Positions 9,090-18,700 of a stretch of DNA of 64,000 bases are shown here, piece after piece. A program made the translations under genes and the position numbers. The notes under the pieces were generated by a model, which saw only the letters and a list, made by a program, of their open reading frames with translations, was not told the origin of the DNA and ran no database searches. Within the stretch, counting starts at the first letter, position 1. The number at the start of each line of letters is the position of its first letter. The DNA is from a virus: the IMG/VR virus record IMGVR_UViG_3300034198_015644, positions 1-64,000 of that record; one strand, 5' to 3'.

Positions 9090-12000
9090 TGGCTTTAGAC
9101 GAAAAAGATATTGAAAAAAATATTAAATCCCTAAGAGACCAATTAAAAAAATTGGGTAAGGATGGTAGTGCGGACGATCTTAAAGATATACAAGATGAAA
9201 TAAAAAAGACTAGGGGTCAAATAGATGAACTTTCTAAAAGTGGTAAAAATGTTGATCAACTTAATAGAGAATTAAATTCTATAGATGAAACTGTTTCAAA
9301 AAGTTTTTCTAGGATAAATAAAACAGTAAAAGAAAGTGAGAGTATTTTTGATCAAGCTTTTGCATCAATTAAACAAGGTTTAAATACCGATACAGGTAAT
9401 TTAATAGATAAAGCGGAAGAATTTATTAATTTATTTGATATTACAAGTCCTGGCGCTAATTTAGAGTTTTGGAGAGCATATGATAAACGTATACGGGATG
9501 TTGGGGTATCATATGGTTTAACTTCAAATAGAGTAGAAGAATTTAGAGTTGGTAGTAGGAAATTAGAACAACAATTTATAGATTTAGGTGGAAGTTCAGA
9601 AGATCTTTACAAAGGTATAGAAGCACTTTACAATCAAACTAATCGTACAGACTTAATTACTAAAGATTTTGTCGACACTTTAGGTGGAATGACATTGGCC
9701 TTTGGTATAAATGCAACAGAAGCGGGAAAATATATTGGTTCGTTTAGGGATTTAAATATTACCTATGCTGCGACCGGTAAAATTATGAATGATTTAAGAA
9801 ACGCGGCAGTTTCTGCGGGACTTAATACATCAAAAATTTTTAGTGTTTTCACTGAAAAATTTAAAGATTTAAATACATACTCTTTTAAGAATGGTGTTCA
9901 GGGAATGGTTGAGTTGGTGAAACAATCTCAAGCCCTTAAAATTAATATGGATAGTGTTTTATCTTTATCCAATGATTTTACCGATCCTGAAAAAACTATG
10001 GAATTTGCATCTAACATGCAAATGTTAGGTGGTTCATTTGCACAGTTAGGTGATTTTAATAAATTAATGTATGATGCCGCAGTTGCCCCTGAAGAATTGG
10101 CTAAAAATATTGCCAAAGCAAGTGCGTCAATGGGGTCTTTTAATAGAGAAACAGGTAGATTAGATATAAGTTTTGCGGAAAGAATGCAGTTAGATCGTGC
10201 GGGTAAAGAGCTCGGTATGACTAGAAAAGAAATGATGGATATGGCATCTGCTGCGGGAAAAATTAATGACATGAAAGTGTCGTTAAATTTTAAACCATTA
10301 AGTGAAGATGCCTATAATACATTAAGTACTTTATCAGAATTTGATCTATCTAAAGGTGAATATGTAGTTAAATTTAAAGATGAAAAAGGTGAAGAAGTTA
10401 CAAAATCAATAGCCGAGTTAAGTGAAGAAGATATAAAGAAAATTGCGGAAACTAAAGAAACCGAATCACTAAAGTCTCTAAAAACTGAAAGATTTGATGC
10501 CGTTCAATTACAAGTACAAAAATTTGAAGGTTTAAAATTAGATGCGCCCGATTTCTTTAAAGCAATAGGTGGTCAAAGTGAAGAATTAAAAAAATCATTA
10601 GATGGTTTTAATGATTCAATTTCTAAAGGTTTAGGTAAAATGAAAGAAAATGCCTTTATGCCTGTTGAAAATTTCTTAGGTAAATTAGCTTCGGAACAAT
10701 TATCTGCAGGTCTTAAAAACATGACATCTGCTTTAGATACGTTTATTGATTTAATTACTAAAGCTGTTGAGGAGGCTAAAAAAACTGGAATATATAAAGA
10801 AACTAAAGCTGCGGTTAAAGAAGCGGTTCAACCAAGTACTTCTCAAACCCCTGCCCCTGAAATTGGTAGTATGGGTGCAATTCTTTATGGTGACAAATTT
10901 TCAGAAGGTAATATTTTAAAAGGACTTTCACACGATGAGGGTGGAATACCTTTTACAATAAACGGTAAACCGGGTTTTGAAGCTGAAGGTGGTGAAGTTT
11001 TATTAACTAAAGGTGTAAGTAAAGATCCTGATTTATTATCCGCTGCGTCAGATATTAATGAAGCTGCCGGTGGAAAAAAATTATTTGATGATGGTGGTAT
11101 AGTTCAGAAATATGCTGATGGAGGAAAAATACCTTCAATATCTAATTATGACTATAAAAATGTTTCGCAAATTTTTGAAAACATAAGTAATACTACCCAA
11201 CTACAAAAAACAATTAATAACGAAACGTATGAAAAATTAACAAATACGTTTGTACCTCTATACGAAAATTTTAATGATTATTTTAAAAATGTCGATCAAA
11301 CAAATACTAAATTAATTGATGTTTTAAATAAATTAAATGAAAATCTAATTAATCAAAAAAATATTGATGTTGTTAGTGGACGTGAAAAAGGTAATGTTCT
11401 TACTATGGGTGGGCAAGATAAAACGATCTACGAAAAAATTCGTGAATCAATGCCCAAAGAAATTGAAGACTTTAGATTAAGAAAAAGTAACTTTGAATCG
11501 GAAAATAAAAAAAGTGAAATTACGAATGTAGGTAAAAAAGAAAATAGTGAATGGTTTAATAAAACATTAGAACAGTATAAAAAAAACGAGAACGAATATA
11601 AAGTTTCAGATTTAATTACAGGTATTGGGGATTTATCAATTAATAATAAAAATTATTCTTCACTACAAAAACTACCTACACTTGAATCCAATGAGATTGA
11701 CAAAAATAAAAATTTAAATATAGAAAGTTTAAGTGTACAAAAATTAACTTCCAATGATTTAAATAAAAGTTCTAGCTCAAATATTAGTAATATAAGTAAC
11801 TACGATAATGCTATGAGTTTAACAACTCAAAAAATAAAAGAAATGGTTAGTTATATTGAAGGTAGTAAAAGTATTAATAATGTTTCTAATAAAATAGAAA
11901 GTCCAACATTTATATCTAATTTAAAAACAAACGATCAATTATCAGATTTGGTGAGTCCACTTAAAGGTATGGATAAATTTCAGGGGGGTTTAGTAGAAAA

Positions 12001-12268
12001 AAGGTCAGAAATTGGGTTAAATTCTATGTCAGTTGGTGGTACAGTAAATGTTGGAGGTAATGTATCGTTTACTCCAATAAAAGTAACCATAGAAGGTACT
12101 TCCGCTTCTAAAGAAATTAATGTACCTGATAATGTTCAAAAAGAGATTTTAAGGGTAGTTGAAGATAAAATAAAAAATATGAATCTTTATAGTCAATTTT
12201 TAACTAAAAAAAATACAGGAATACCCGATGGTAAAGGGGTAGAATTTCCTGGAATGTTTCCCGCTTAA
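9089..12268 (+). CDS. Tail tape measure protein
   Basis: Long helical/coiled-coil, Ala/Gly-rich N-terminal half; position after tube and chaperone; internal GLSHDEGGI...EAEGGE and FDDGG/YADGG motifs. Confidence 0.8.
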   Translation: MALDEKDIEKNIKSLRDQLKKLGKDGSADDLKDIQDEIKKTRGQIDELSKSGKNVDQLNRELNSIDETVSKSFSRINKTVKESESIFDQAFASIKQGLNTDTGNLIDKAEEFINLFDITSPGANLEFWRAYDKRIRDVGVSYGLTSNRVEEFRVGSRKLEQQFIDLGGSSEDLYKGIEALYNQTNRTDLITKDFVDTLGGMTLAFGINATEAGKYIGSFRDLNITYAATGKIMNDLRNAAVSAGLNTSKIFSVFTEKFKDLNTYSFKNGVQGMVELVKQSQALKINMDSVLSLSNDFTDPEKTMEFASNMQMLGGSFAQLGDFNKLMYDAAVAPEELAKNIAKASASMGSFNRETGRLDISFAERMQLDRAGKELGMTRKEMMDMASAAGKINDMKVSLNFKPLSEDAYNTLSTLSEFDLSKGEYVVKFKDEKGEEVTKSIAELSEEDIKKIAETKETESLKSLKTERFDAVQLQVQKFEGLKLDAPDFFKAIGGQSEELKKSLDGFNDSISKGLGKMKENAFMPVENFLGKLASEQLSAGLKNMTSALDTFIDLITKAVEEAKKTGIYKETKAAVKEAVQPSTSQTPAPEIGSMGAILYGDKFSEGNILKGLSHDEGGIPFTINGKPGFEAEGGEVLLTKGVSKDPDLLSAASDINEAAGGKKLFDDGGIVQKYADGGKIPSISNYDYKNVSQIFENISNTTQLQKTINNETYEKLTNTFVPLYENFNDYFKNVDQTNTKLIDVLNKLNENLINQKNIDVVSGREKGNVLTMGGQDKTIYEKIRESMPKEIEDFRLRKSNFESENKKSEITNVGKKENSEWFNKTLEQYKKNENEYKVSDLITGIGDLSINNKNYSSLQKLPTLESNEIDKNKNLNIESLSVQKLTSNDLNKSSSSNISNISNYDNAMSLTTQKIKEMVSYIEGSKSINNVSNKIESPTFISNLKTNDQLSDLVSPLKGMDKFQGGLVEKRSEIGLNSMSVGGTVNVGGNVSFTPIKVTIEGTSASKEINVPDNVQKEILRVVEDKIKNMNLYSQFLTKKNTGIPDGKGVEFPGMFPA

Positions 12269-12454
12269 TTAGTGAAATAAAGTGGTTGGTAATGTGAAAG
12301 TTATATTTTTTTTAAAAAAAAACTATTTACTTTACTAAAAAAAACGGTATTTTAGGACCCTAGCAAGTTCAACTGCAAGTAATAAAACCGCAAGTATAAA
12401 TATACTATAATAAAACAATATAAAAAATGGTTTTATTGGTATTTATAAAGAAAA

Positions 12455-15445
12455 ATGCCGATAGGATTATTAAATAGCCAGCTAATAAAAGATTTAAGGA
12501 CATCATTACTTGTTAGAAACTTAAATCCTACTACAGAAGCTACTTTGGGTGGAGTTTCTTCACAGAATAGTAATAGAGGTCTTCCTGCGGAAACTTCTTT
12601 ACCACAAGGAGAATATGTACCATTTAATCAAGACAGTGTTTCTTCTTTAGGGTATTATCAATTACAGAATTTAGGGTTAAAAAATAGATATGCTCCGTCC
12701 CAATACCCAACAACGGAAATAACTGATATATCCGCAATAGCTGGAAATATAGGTACATACGATGAGTTTGTAAGATCATATACCACAAGAACATTTGATT
12801 TAAAACAATTTGTTTTAAATTCACCAACGCTAATAGGTTACCAAGATACTCCTTTAGGTATTATAGGTGCAGAGCAATTAAAATTTAATTTAGAGGCAAA
12901 CATAGGTCAAAATATTAAAAAAAATACTTTAGGTAGAATTAACACCAATGTTTTCAGTTTATTAAATGGAGAAGAACTTTTAATTAGAGATTATCAAGTA
13001 ACAGTTGTACCAAATACTCCGTTAGGATTTTTTGCAAATTTAGCCCAAAAATATTCAGGTTTTGAAATACCAAAATCATATATACCAAAAAGTGCAATTG
13101 GATTTTTAGATTCTCTATTTGACGGTAAAGTGAATTATGCAGATTGTAATTTACAAGCATTAGACAATACAAGTAGAATGGGAATGGGTGGAACTATAGC
13201 TAGGAACAATCAGCTATTAAGATTCACAGGAAGAGGTAATAGAATTCAATTATTTAATATGTTGGGTACTAATAAATATAGACCCGACTATGATAGTCAA
13301 AATGGTGGAGGAGCATTAAATAGAATTTTCGGTTTCCTACAACAACAACATGATAATGCAGCTGCATCTTATGATACATTAGAAAAGACTAGAAGACATT
13401 CAGGTGTTTTACCTGTAATGTTAGAACAAAATATTGCCGCACCATTAAATTCTGCGGACAAAGGTAAAACGGGCGCTTTTGTTAAAAATGATGCTAGGAG
13501 TGTTTTACAACCAAACGGAATACCTAGAATTACATGGGACGACAAAGGAATCAAAAAATTTATGTTTTCAATTGAAAATTTAGCGTGGATTGGTAATACA
13601 TACGGATTACCAACTTGCGAGATTGGAAATGGAGACCCAAATAGTAATGATGATAGACCGGGTAGAATTATGTGGTTTCCACCTTATGATTTAAGTTTTG
13701 ATGAAAGTGTTAGTGTTGCATGGGACAAAACTAATTTTATAGGTAGAGGAGAGCCAATTTTTACATACAACAATACCACAAGAGGAGGCACCATTAAATT
13801 TAAAATAGTTGTTGACCACCCATCTATACTTAATGAAATTAGAGGGGTAGCATCAGATACTGATATTTTAAAATTTTTTGAAGGATGTGAAGATTATGTT
13901 GATAGAGCATTGGCCACATTAACCGAAAAACAAAACACTTTCGCTTCTTCCGAACAAAGAGATGCGACAGAACAAAAAATAGTAAATGCGGGTGCACCTA
14001 CTAATAATAAAGAATTTAATGCTACTACAGTTCCCGGTGGAACTGATTCTTTTCAAGTAAAAATTTATTTCCCCAATGATAGTAGTCAGGTAATAAATAA
14101 TTACCAAAACGGTACAGATTCGTTAACAGGTACAACTGCGGTCGATAGTAATTTACCAAACGCAGGTCAAACATTTTTACCTGGTATAGATTTAGGTTAT
14201 AATGCAAGATCTTATGATAATGGTACCTTAGGTTTTCAAAGTCCTGAAGCTCAACAAAAAATTAATGATTTAAAAAATATTGCAAATGATATTGAAAGTT
14301 TAGATATTAAAATTACAGTATCAAATACTGCGACAAATACTGCACAAGTCAATTCTTTATTGGCGGATAATAGATTTACCAATGCTGCGGCTTGGGTAAA
14401 AGGAGAATTAAGTCCACCTATACCTGCAAGTGTGATTAACATAACTAATGGTGGTTATGTCGATGTACCCGTAACGGCTAATTCAAATTCTACTAATCCC
14501 GAACAAATAGAAAACAGATTTGCACTTTTAGATATTACTGTACGTAAAAAAGATTTAAAAACATCAGGTTCAACTACGGTTGATCCTGAAACTTATTCTA
14601 ATGATGAGGTACAAGATAAAGTTATTACTATTGTTAAAAAATATTTTACACCTGTTTATACAGAATGTGATTATTTTAAATATTTAGAGACCAATGTACC
14701 TTTTCTATTTGAAAAACTCACTGAAAAATTAAAATATTTTACACCAGGTTTCCATTCTACTACACCTGAAGGATTAAACTCTAGATTAACATTCTTACAT
14801 CAATGTACTAGACAAGGACCATCAATTGACCCAAATAAAAATAACAGAAGTAATTTAGCGTTTGGTAGACCACCAATTTGTATTTTAAGAATAGGTGATT
14901 TTTTCCATACAAAAATGGTAATTGAAAGTATGAGTATACAATATGATGAAGGAGTATTGTGGGATTTAAATCCTGAGGGAATAGGAGTACAACCAAGATT
15001 GGCGACAGTAAGTTTAAATGTTTCGTATATAGGCGGTCAATCTTTGTCGGCACCAATAAAAGAATTACAAAACGCATTAGGATTCCATTTCTATGCAAAT
15101 ACCGAAACATTCCAACACGCACCTAGATTAATTGAAATAACAACATCATTACCTGTTGCAGAAAATGTGAAGAAAAAAGATGATGCAGTTAAACCTAATA
15201 ATTTAGTACCTGAACCAACTTTAAGTAATATATTGAATTATGGAAATTATGGTTCGATGAATAATACAACTAATGTACAAATTCCTTATGCGTTACCTGA
15301 TTCTAATGCAACTCCGGTACCCGAAGGACAAAAACCATTTATTGGACCACCAAACTACAATTTTAACAATTACGTAGATTCTCCTGTTGGAGGTAGTCCT
15401 TTTAATAACATAACCAATCAAGGTGGAGGATTTTTAAATGCATAA
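12455..15445 (+). CDS. Baseplate/tail-tube initiator-like protein with inserted OmpA-like domain
   Basis: WFPPYDLSFDESVSVAW..TNFIGRGEPIFTY...R and PPICILRIGDFFHTKMVIESMSIQY tube-initiator-like halves flank IYFPND...LADNR...NRFALLDI. Confidence 0.6.
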   Translation: MPIGLLNSQLIKDLRTSLLVRNLNPTTEATLGGVSSQNSNRGLPAETSLPQGEYVPFNQDSVSSLGYYQLQNLGLKNRYAPSQYPTTEITDISAIAGNIGTYDEFVRSYTTRTFDLKQFVLNSPTLIGYQDTPLGIIGAEQLKFNLEANIGQNIKKNTLGRINTNVFSLLNGEELLIRDYQVTVVPNTPLGFFANLAQKYSGFEIPKSYIPKSAIGFLDSLFDGKVNYADCNLQALDNTSRMGMGGTIARNNQLLRFTGRGNRIQLFNMLGTNKYRPDYDSQNGGGALNRIFGFLQQQHDNAAASYDTLEKTRRHSGVLPVMLEQNIAAPLNSADKGKTGAFVKNDARSVLQPNGIPRITWDDKGIKKFMFSIENLAWIGNTYGLPTCEIGNGDPNSNDDRPGRIMWFPPYDLSFDESVSVAWDKTNFIGRGEPIFTYNNTTRGGTIKFKIVVDHPSILNEIRGVASDTDILKFFEGCEDYVDRALATLTEKQNTFASSEQRDATEQKIVNAGAPTNNKEFNATTVPGGTDSFQVKIYFPNDSSQVINNYQNGTDSLTGTTAVDSNLPNAGQTFLPGIDLGYNARSYDNGTLGFQSPEAQQKINDLKNIANDIESLDIKITVSNTATNTAQVNSLLADNRFTNAAAWVKGELSPPIPASVINITNGGYVDVPVTANSNSTNPEQIENRFALLDITVRKKDLKTSGSTTVDPETYSNDEVQDKVITIVKKYFTPVYTECDYFKYLETNVPFLFEKLTEKLKYFTPGFHSTTPEGLNSRLTFLHQCTRQGPSIDPNKNNRSNLAFGRPPICILRIGDFFHTKMVIESMSIQYDEGVLWDLNPEGIGVQPRLATVSLNVSYIGGQSLSAPIKELQNALGFHFYANTETFQHAPRLIEITTSLPVAENVKKKDDAVKPNNLVPEPTLSNILNYGNYGSMNNTTNVQIPYALPDSNATPVPEGQKPFIGPPNYNFNNYVDSPVGGSPFNNITNQGGGFLNA

Positions 15446-15447
15446 TT

Positions 15448-15786
15448 ATGGCAAAATATTTTGATAGATATTCAAGTTTTAGATTAAATGGTACTACCGC
15501 AACTTTACCTTTTTTACCAATACCACCAAAAGGTACTGATAAAGAAGTAGTATTTAGAATAGGGAGAGATAGAACGGATAAATTATCACAAACATTTTAT
15601 GGTAATCCTTATTGTGGTTGGTTAATAATGTTAGCTAATCCGCAATACGGAGGGCTTGAATTTTTAATTCCTAATCGTACTATTCTAAGGATTCCTTATC
15701 CATTAACGGAAAGTTTACAACAATATATAAATAACATACAAACATTCGATCAATTATACGGTATTTTCAATGGCACAAGTGTTTGA
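15448..15786 (+). CDS. Baseplate wedge LysM-like protein (gp53-like)
   Basis: DRTDKLSQTFYGNPYCGWLIMLANP...ILRIP. Confidence 0.75.
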   Translation: MAKYFDRYSSFRLNGTTATLPFLPIPPKGTDKEVVFRIGRDRTDKLSQTFYGNPYCGWLIMLANPQYGGLEFLIPNRTILRIPYPLTESLQQYINNIQTFDQLYGIFNGTSV

Positions 15787-18700
15787 TAATGGTTCTAATC
15801 AGTACAATACAGGTAATTTAGACACCGCTAGTTTTTCTAAAAAAATTTATTTTGTAGAACCTTTAGGATCTACAGATAAAAATGGAAATCCTGTGTCCAA
15901 TGTTGTCGATAATAAAGATTTGGTTATTTATGTAGACTTAAAAGCTAGTAGAAGACCAAGAACTATATTACAAATAAATGATAGTAATAGTAGAGGTAGA
16001 AGTGTAAATATAAGTGATAGTTCAATAAATTTGATAGGTTATAGGATTAATTCCGATGGGTCAAAAACTATGACTACAAATTGGAGTAATAAACCTAATT
16101 TAGATAGAAGTAAAGTACCTGGCAAAACTACTGAATTAAATTCAAGTCTAAGTGATTCAGTTTTTGAAGGATTTGGGGTGGAAAGTATTGATATTAATAT
16201 AACGGCAATGAATCCACCAACTGTGACTATTAAATTTATTGACACTAGAGGTGGAGGGTTATTTGATCAAGAAACATTTAATTCACAAACTGCACCAATA
16301 AATGGGTATGATAATAGTACTTCACCATATAGTGTATTTTTTGAGATGCCACCACCTTTGTTTTATTTAACTATAAAAGGTTATTATGGTCATCCTGTTA
16401 CATTATGTTTATATATGACTAAATGGGACGGAACGTTTAATTCTGAAACAGGTAATTTTGAAATGACCGCAAATTTTTTAGGTTATACATTTGCGTTTTT
16501 ACAAGATGTAAAAATAGGACATTTAATTGGAGCAGGAAATACTGATGAAGGTAGGAAAAAATTAGTAAAAGTTTCAAGTATTGAAACAGAAGAAGGTTTA
16601 ACATTTCCTGCGATAACTTTAGATGATTTGGCAATAAAATTCCAAAGGATTACAGTTAAAAGACAGGAAGAACAAAAAAATTCAGAAGAATTTCAAAAAT
16701 TAAAAGTCATTAATGAACAAATAAATTTTATAAAAAAATTTAGAAGTTATTTAGGTTATCCCACATCACCAAACATGGCTAACACATTATTTGGTGCGTA
16801 TTTAGATACGGCAAAATTAAAACCAAATAGAGAACAAGTGTTTTTTAGAGACGTTGGTTTAATTGCAAAAAATGAAAATACGGAAAGTAATTATTTAAAT
16901 TTATATACAGTTATTAATAATGGATTGACGGCATATGAAGAATTACAAAAAGGATATTCTTCTGATTTCTTTAATCAAGCGGCATTAACTAAAAAAGATA
17001 TAACAATTCCTGAAAAATTAGACGGGACTCAAACTAGTAGAAAAGGTATTCAATCTGCAATTGATGAGGTTAATAAAATAATGTTAGAGAATGAACCCGA
17101 TTTAAAAGTTAAGGCAACTGTAGGAAGTTTTACTGCAAAAACACAAAATAATTGGTCGGTCGATGGTGAGTTTTATGTTTTAAATTTAAAGAAAACGAGA
17201 CAATCATTAAATGATAAATTAGATTCATTATTAGAATTTAAAAAGTTACAAGAACAAGCAATACAAAATAAACTAAATAGAGAAATTACAGATATTTTAG
17301 GATTTCAACCTAGTATAAGTAACATTATTGGTATTTTATGTAACAACATAGAAATGTTTTTAGAAATGATCTATGACGTAGGGGTTGAGGCGCAAAAAAA
17401 TAATAATACTAGTACTGATAATACGGCAAACAATAACCCAAGGGCGCAAGAACTTAGTGGTTATTATAGTGATAGTCCTGACAATGATTTTATAGTATAT
17501 CCGTTCCCTAAGGTAGTAGATAAAGATTATAAAGAAATTTATTTAGGAAATATAGAAAAATTAACACCAGGAAATTTTCCCGAAATTAATTTTGTGGAAA
17601 AAATATGTAATGGTTTAGCGTATTCTATAAAACAAATAACCGAGTTTAATCAAGCATTACAAAGTATAGAAAAAATTTCTAAATTAGATTCTTTCCCAAT
17701 TAATACCAGAGATGTTAGAATTGATTCTTATTCAAATTTAGATAGTTTACCTTATGAAAAGATTAGTTCATATGATAAGGCGACATTAAATAGGGAAATT
17801 GTTTTAACAATTTTAAAAAGGGCGTTTTTGGCATATTCTTCTTCAAAGTATAGAGGTTCCGCATTTAATAAAATAGCAGAACTTGAGGCAATAAATTTTT
17901 ATAAGACAATGGTAAATGATACTTATAAAAATGCTTTTAATGAACTTTCAGATACTGAATTAATTGATTTGGGAAAAGATCCTGAATATGGGGTTTTAGG
18001 AATTTCAAATACAAATGCAAATAATTTTACAATTGATGGATTTTTATACCCAAAGAGTTTTGATATCGATACTTTAGGTAACGCGGATTCGGGTACAAGA
18101 CAATGGGATGTGCATTTAAATTTAAAAGAAGAAATTAATGAATCGTTAAAATTAAATCCTAAAACAGATCCTAATAATACAAATTCAATTAATACTTCCG
18201 AAATAGATAAATTTACAAGCCCAAAAAGAAGTACAACTTATATTGGTAGATTTTTTGATAGTAAAAATGTTTTCTTAAATAAATCATATCTTAGTGTCGC
18301 AACATTTAGAAATGATAATGTAAAAAATGATTTATTGTTAGGAACTTCTTTAGATAAAGCAAATTTATTTGAAAGTTATAATTTTTTAAAATTATTAAAA
18401 TTAGATAATGGTGCAGGAAAAGATCCATTTGGGTTAACAAATTATTTTTATGTTCCAAGAACACCACAAAATAATATTTTAATACCGTTAACAAAAACAT
18501 CACTTTATAATAATACTACATTAAATACGGGTAAGGCTTACTTAATTTTAAGTTCTTTTATATTAGAAACTGATCAACTATTGGACGATGAAATAGGTGA
18601 AGATTATACAAAAATAATTAGAGTACCAAAAATTTATTTATTATGGTTAGGTGCAAATTATTATAGATCAGTTAGGGCTACTGATATTTTATCTTTTAAC

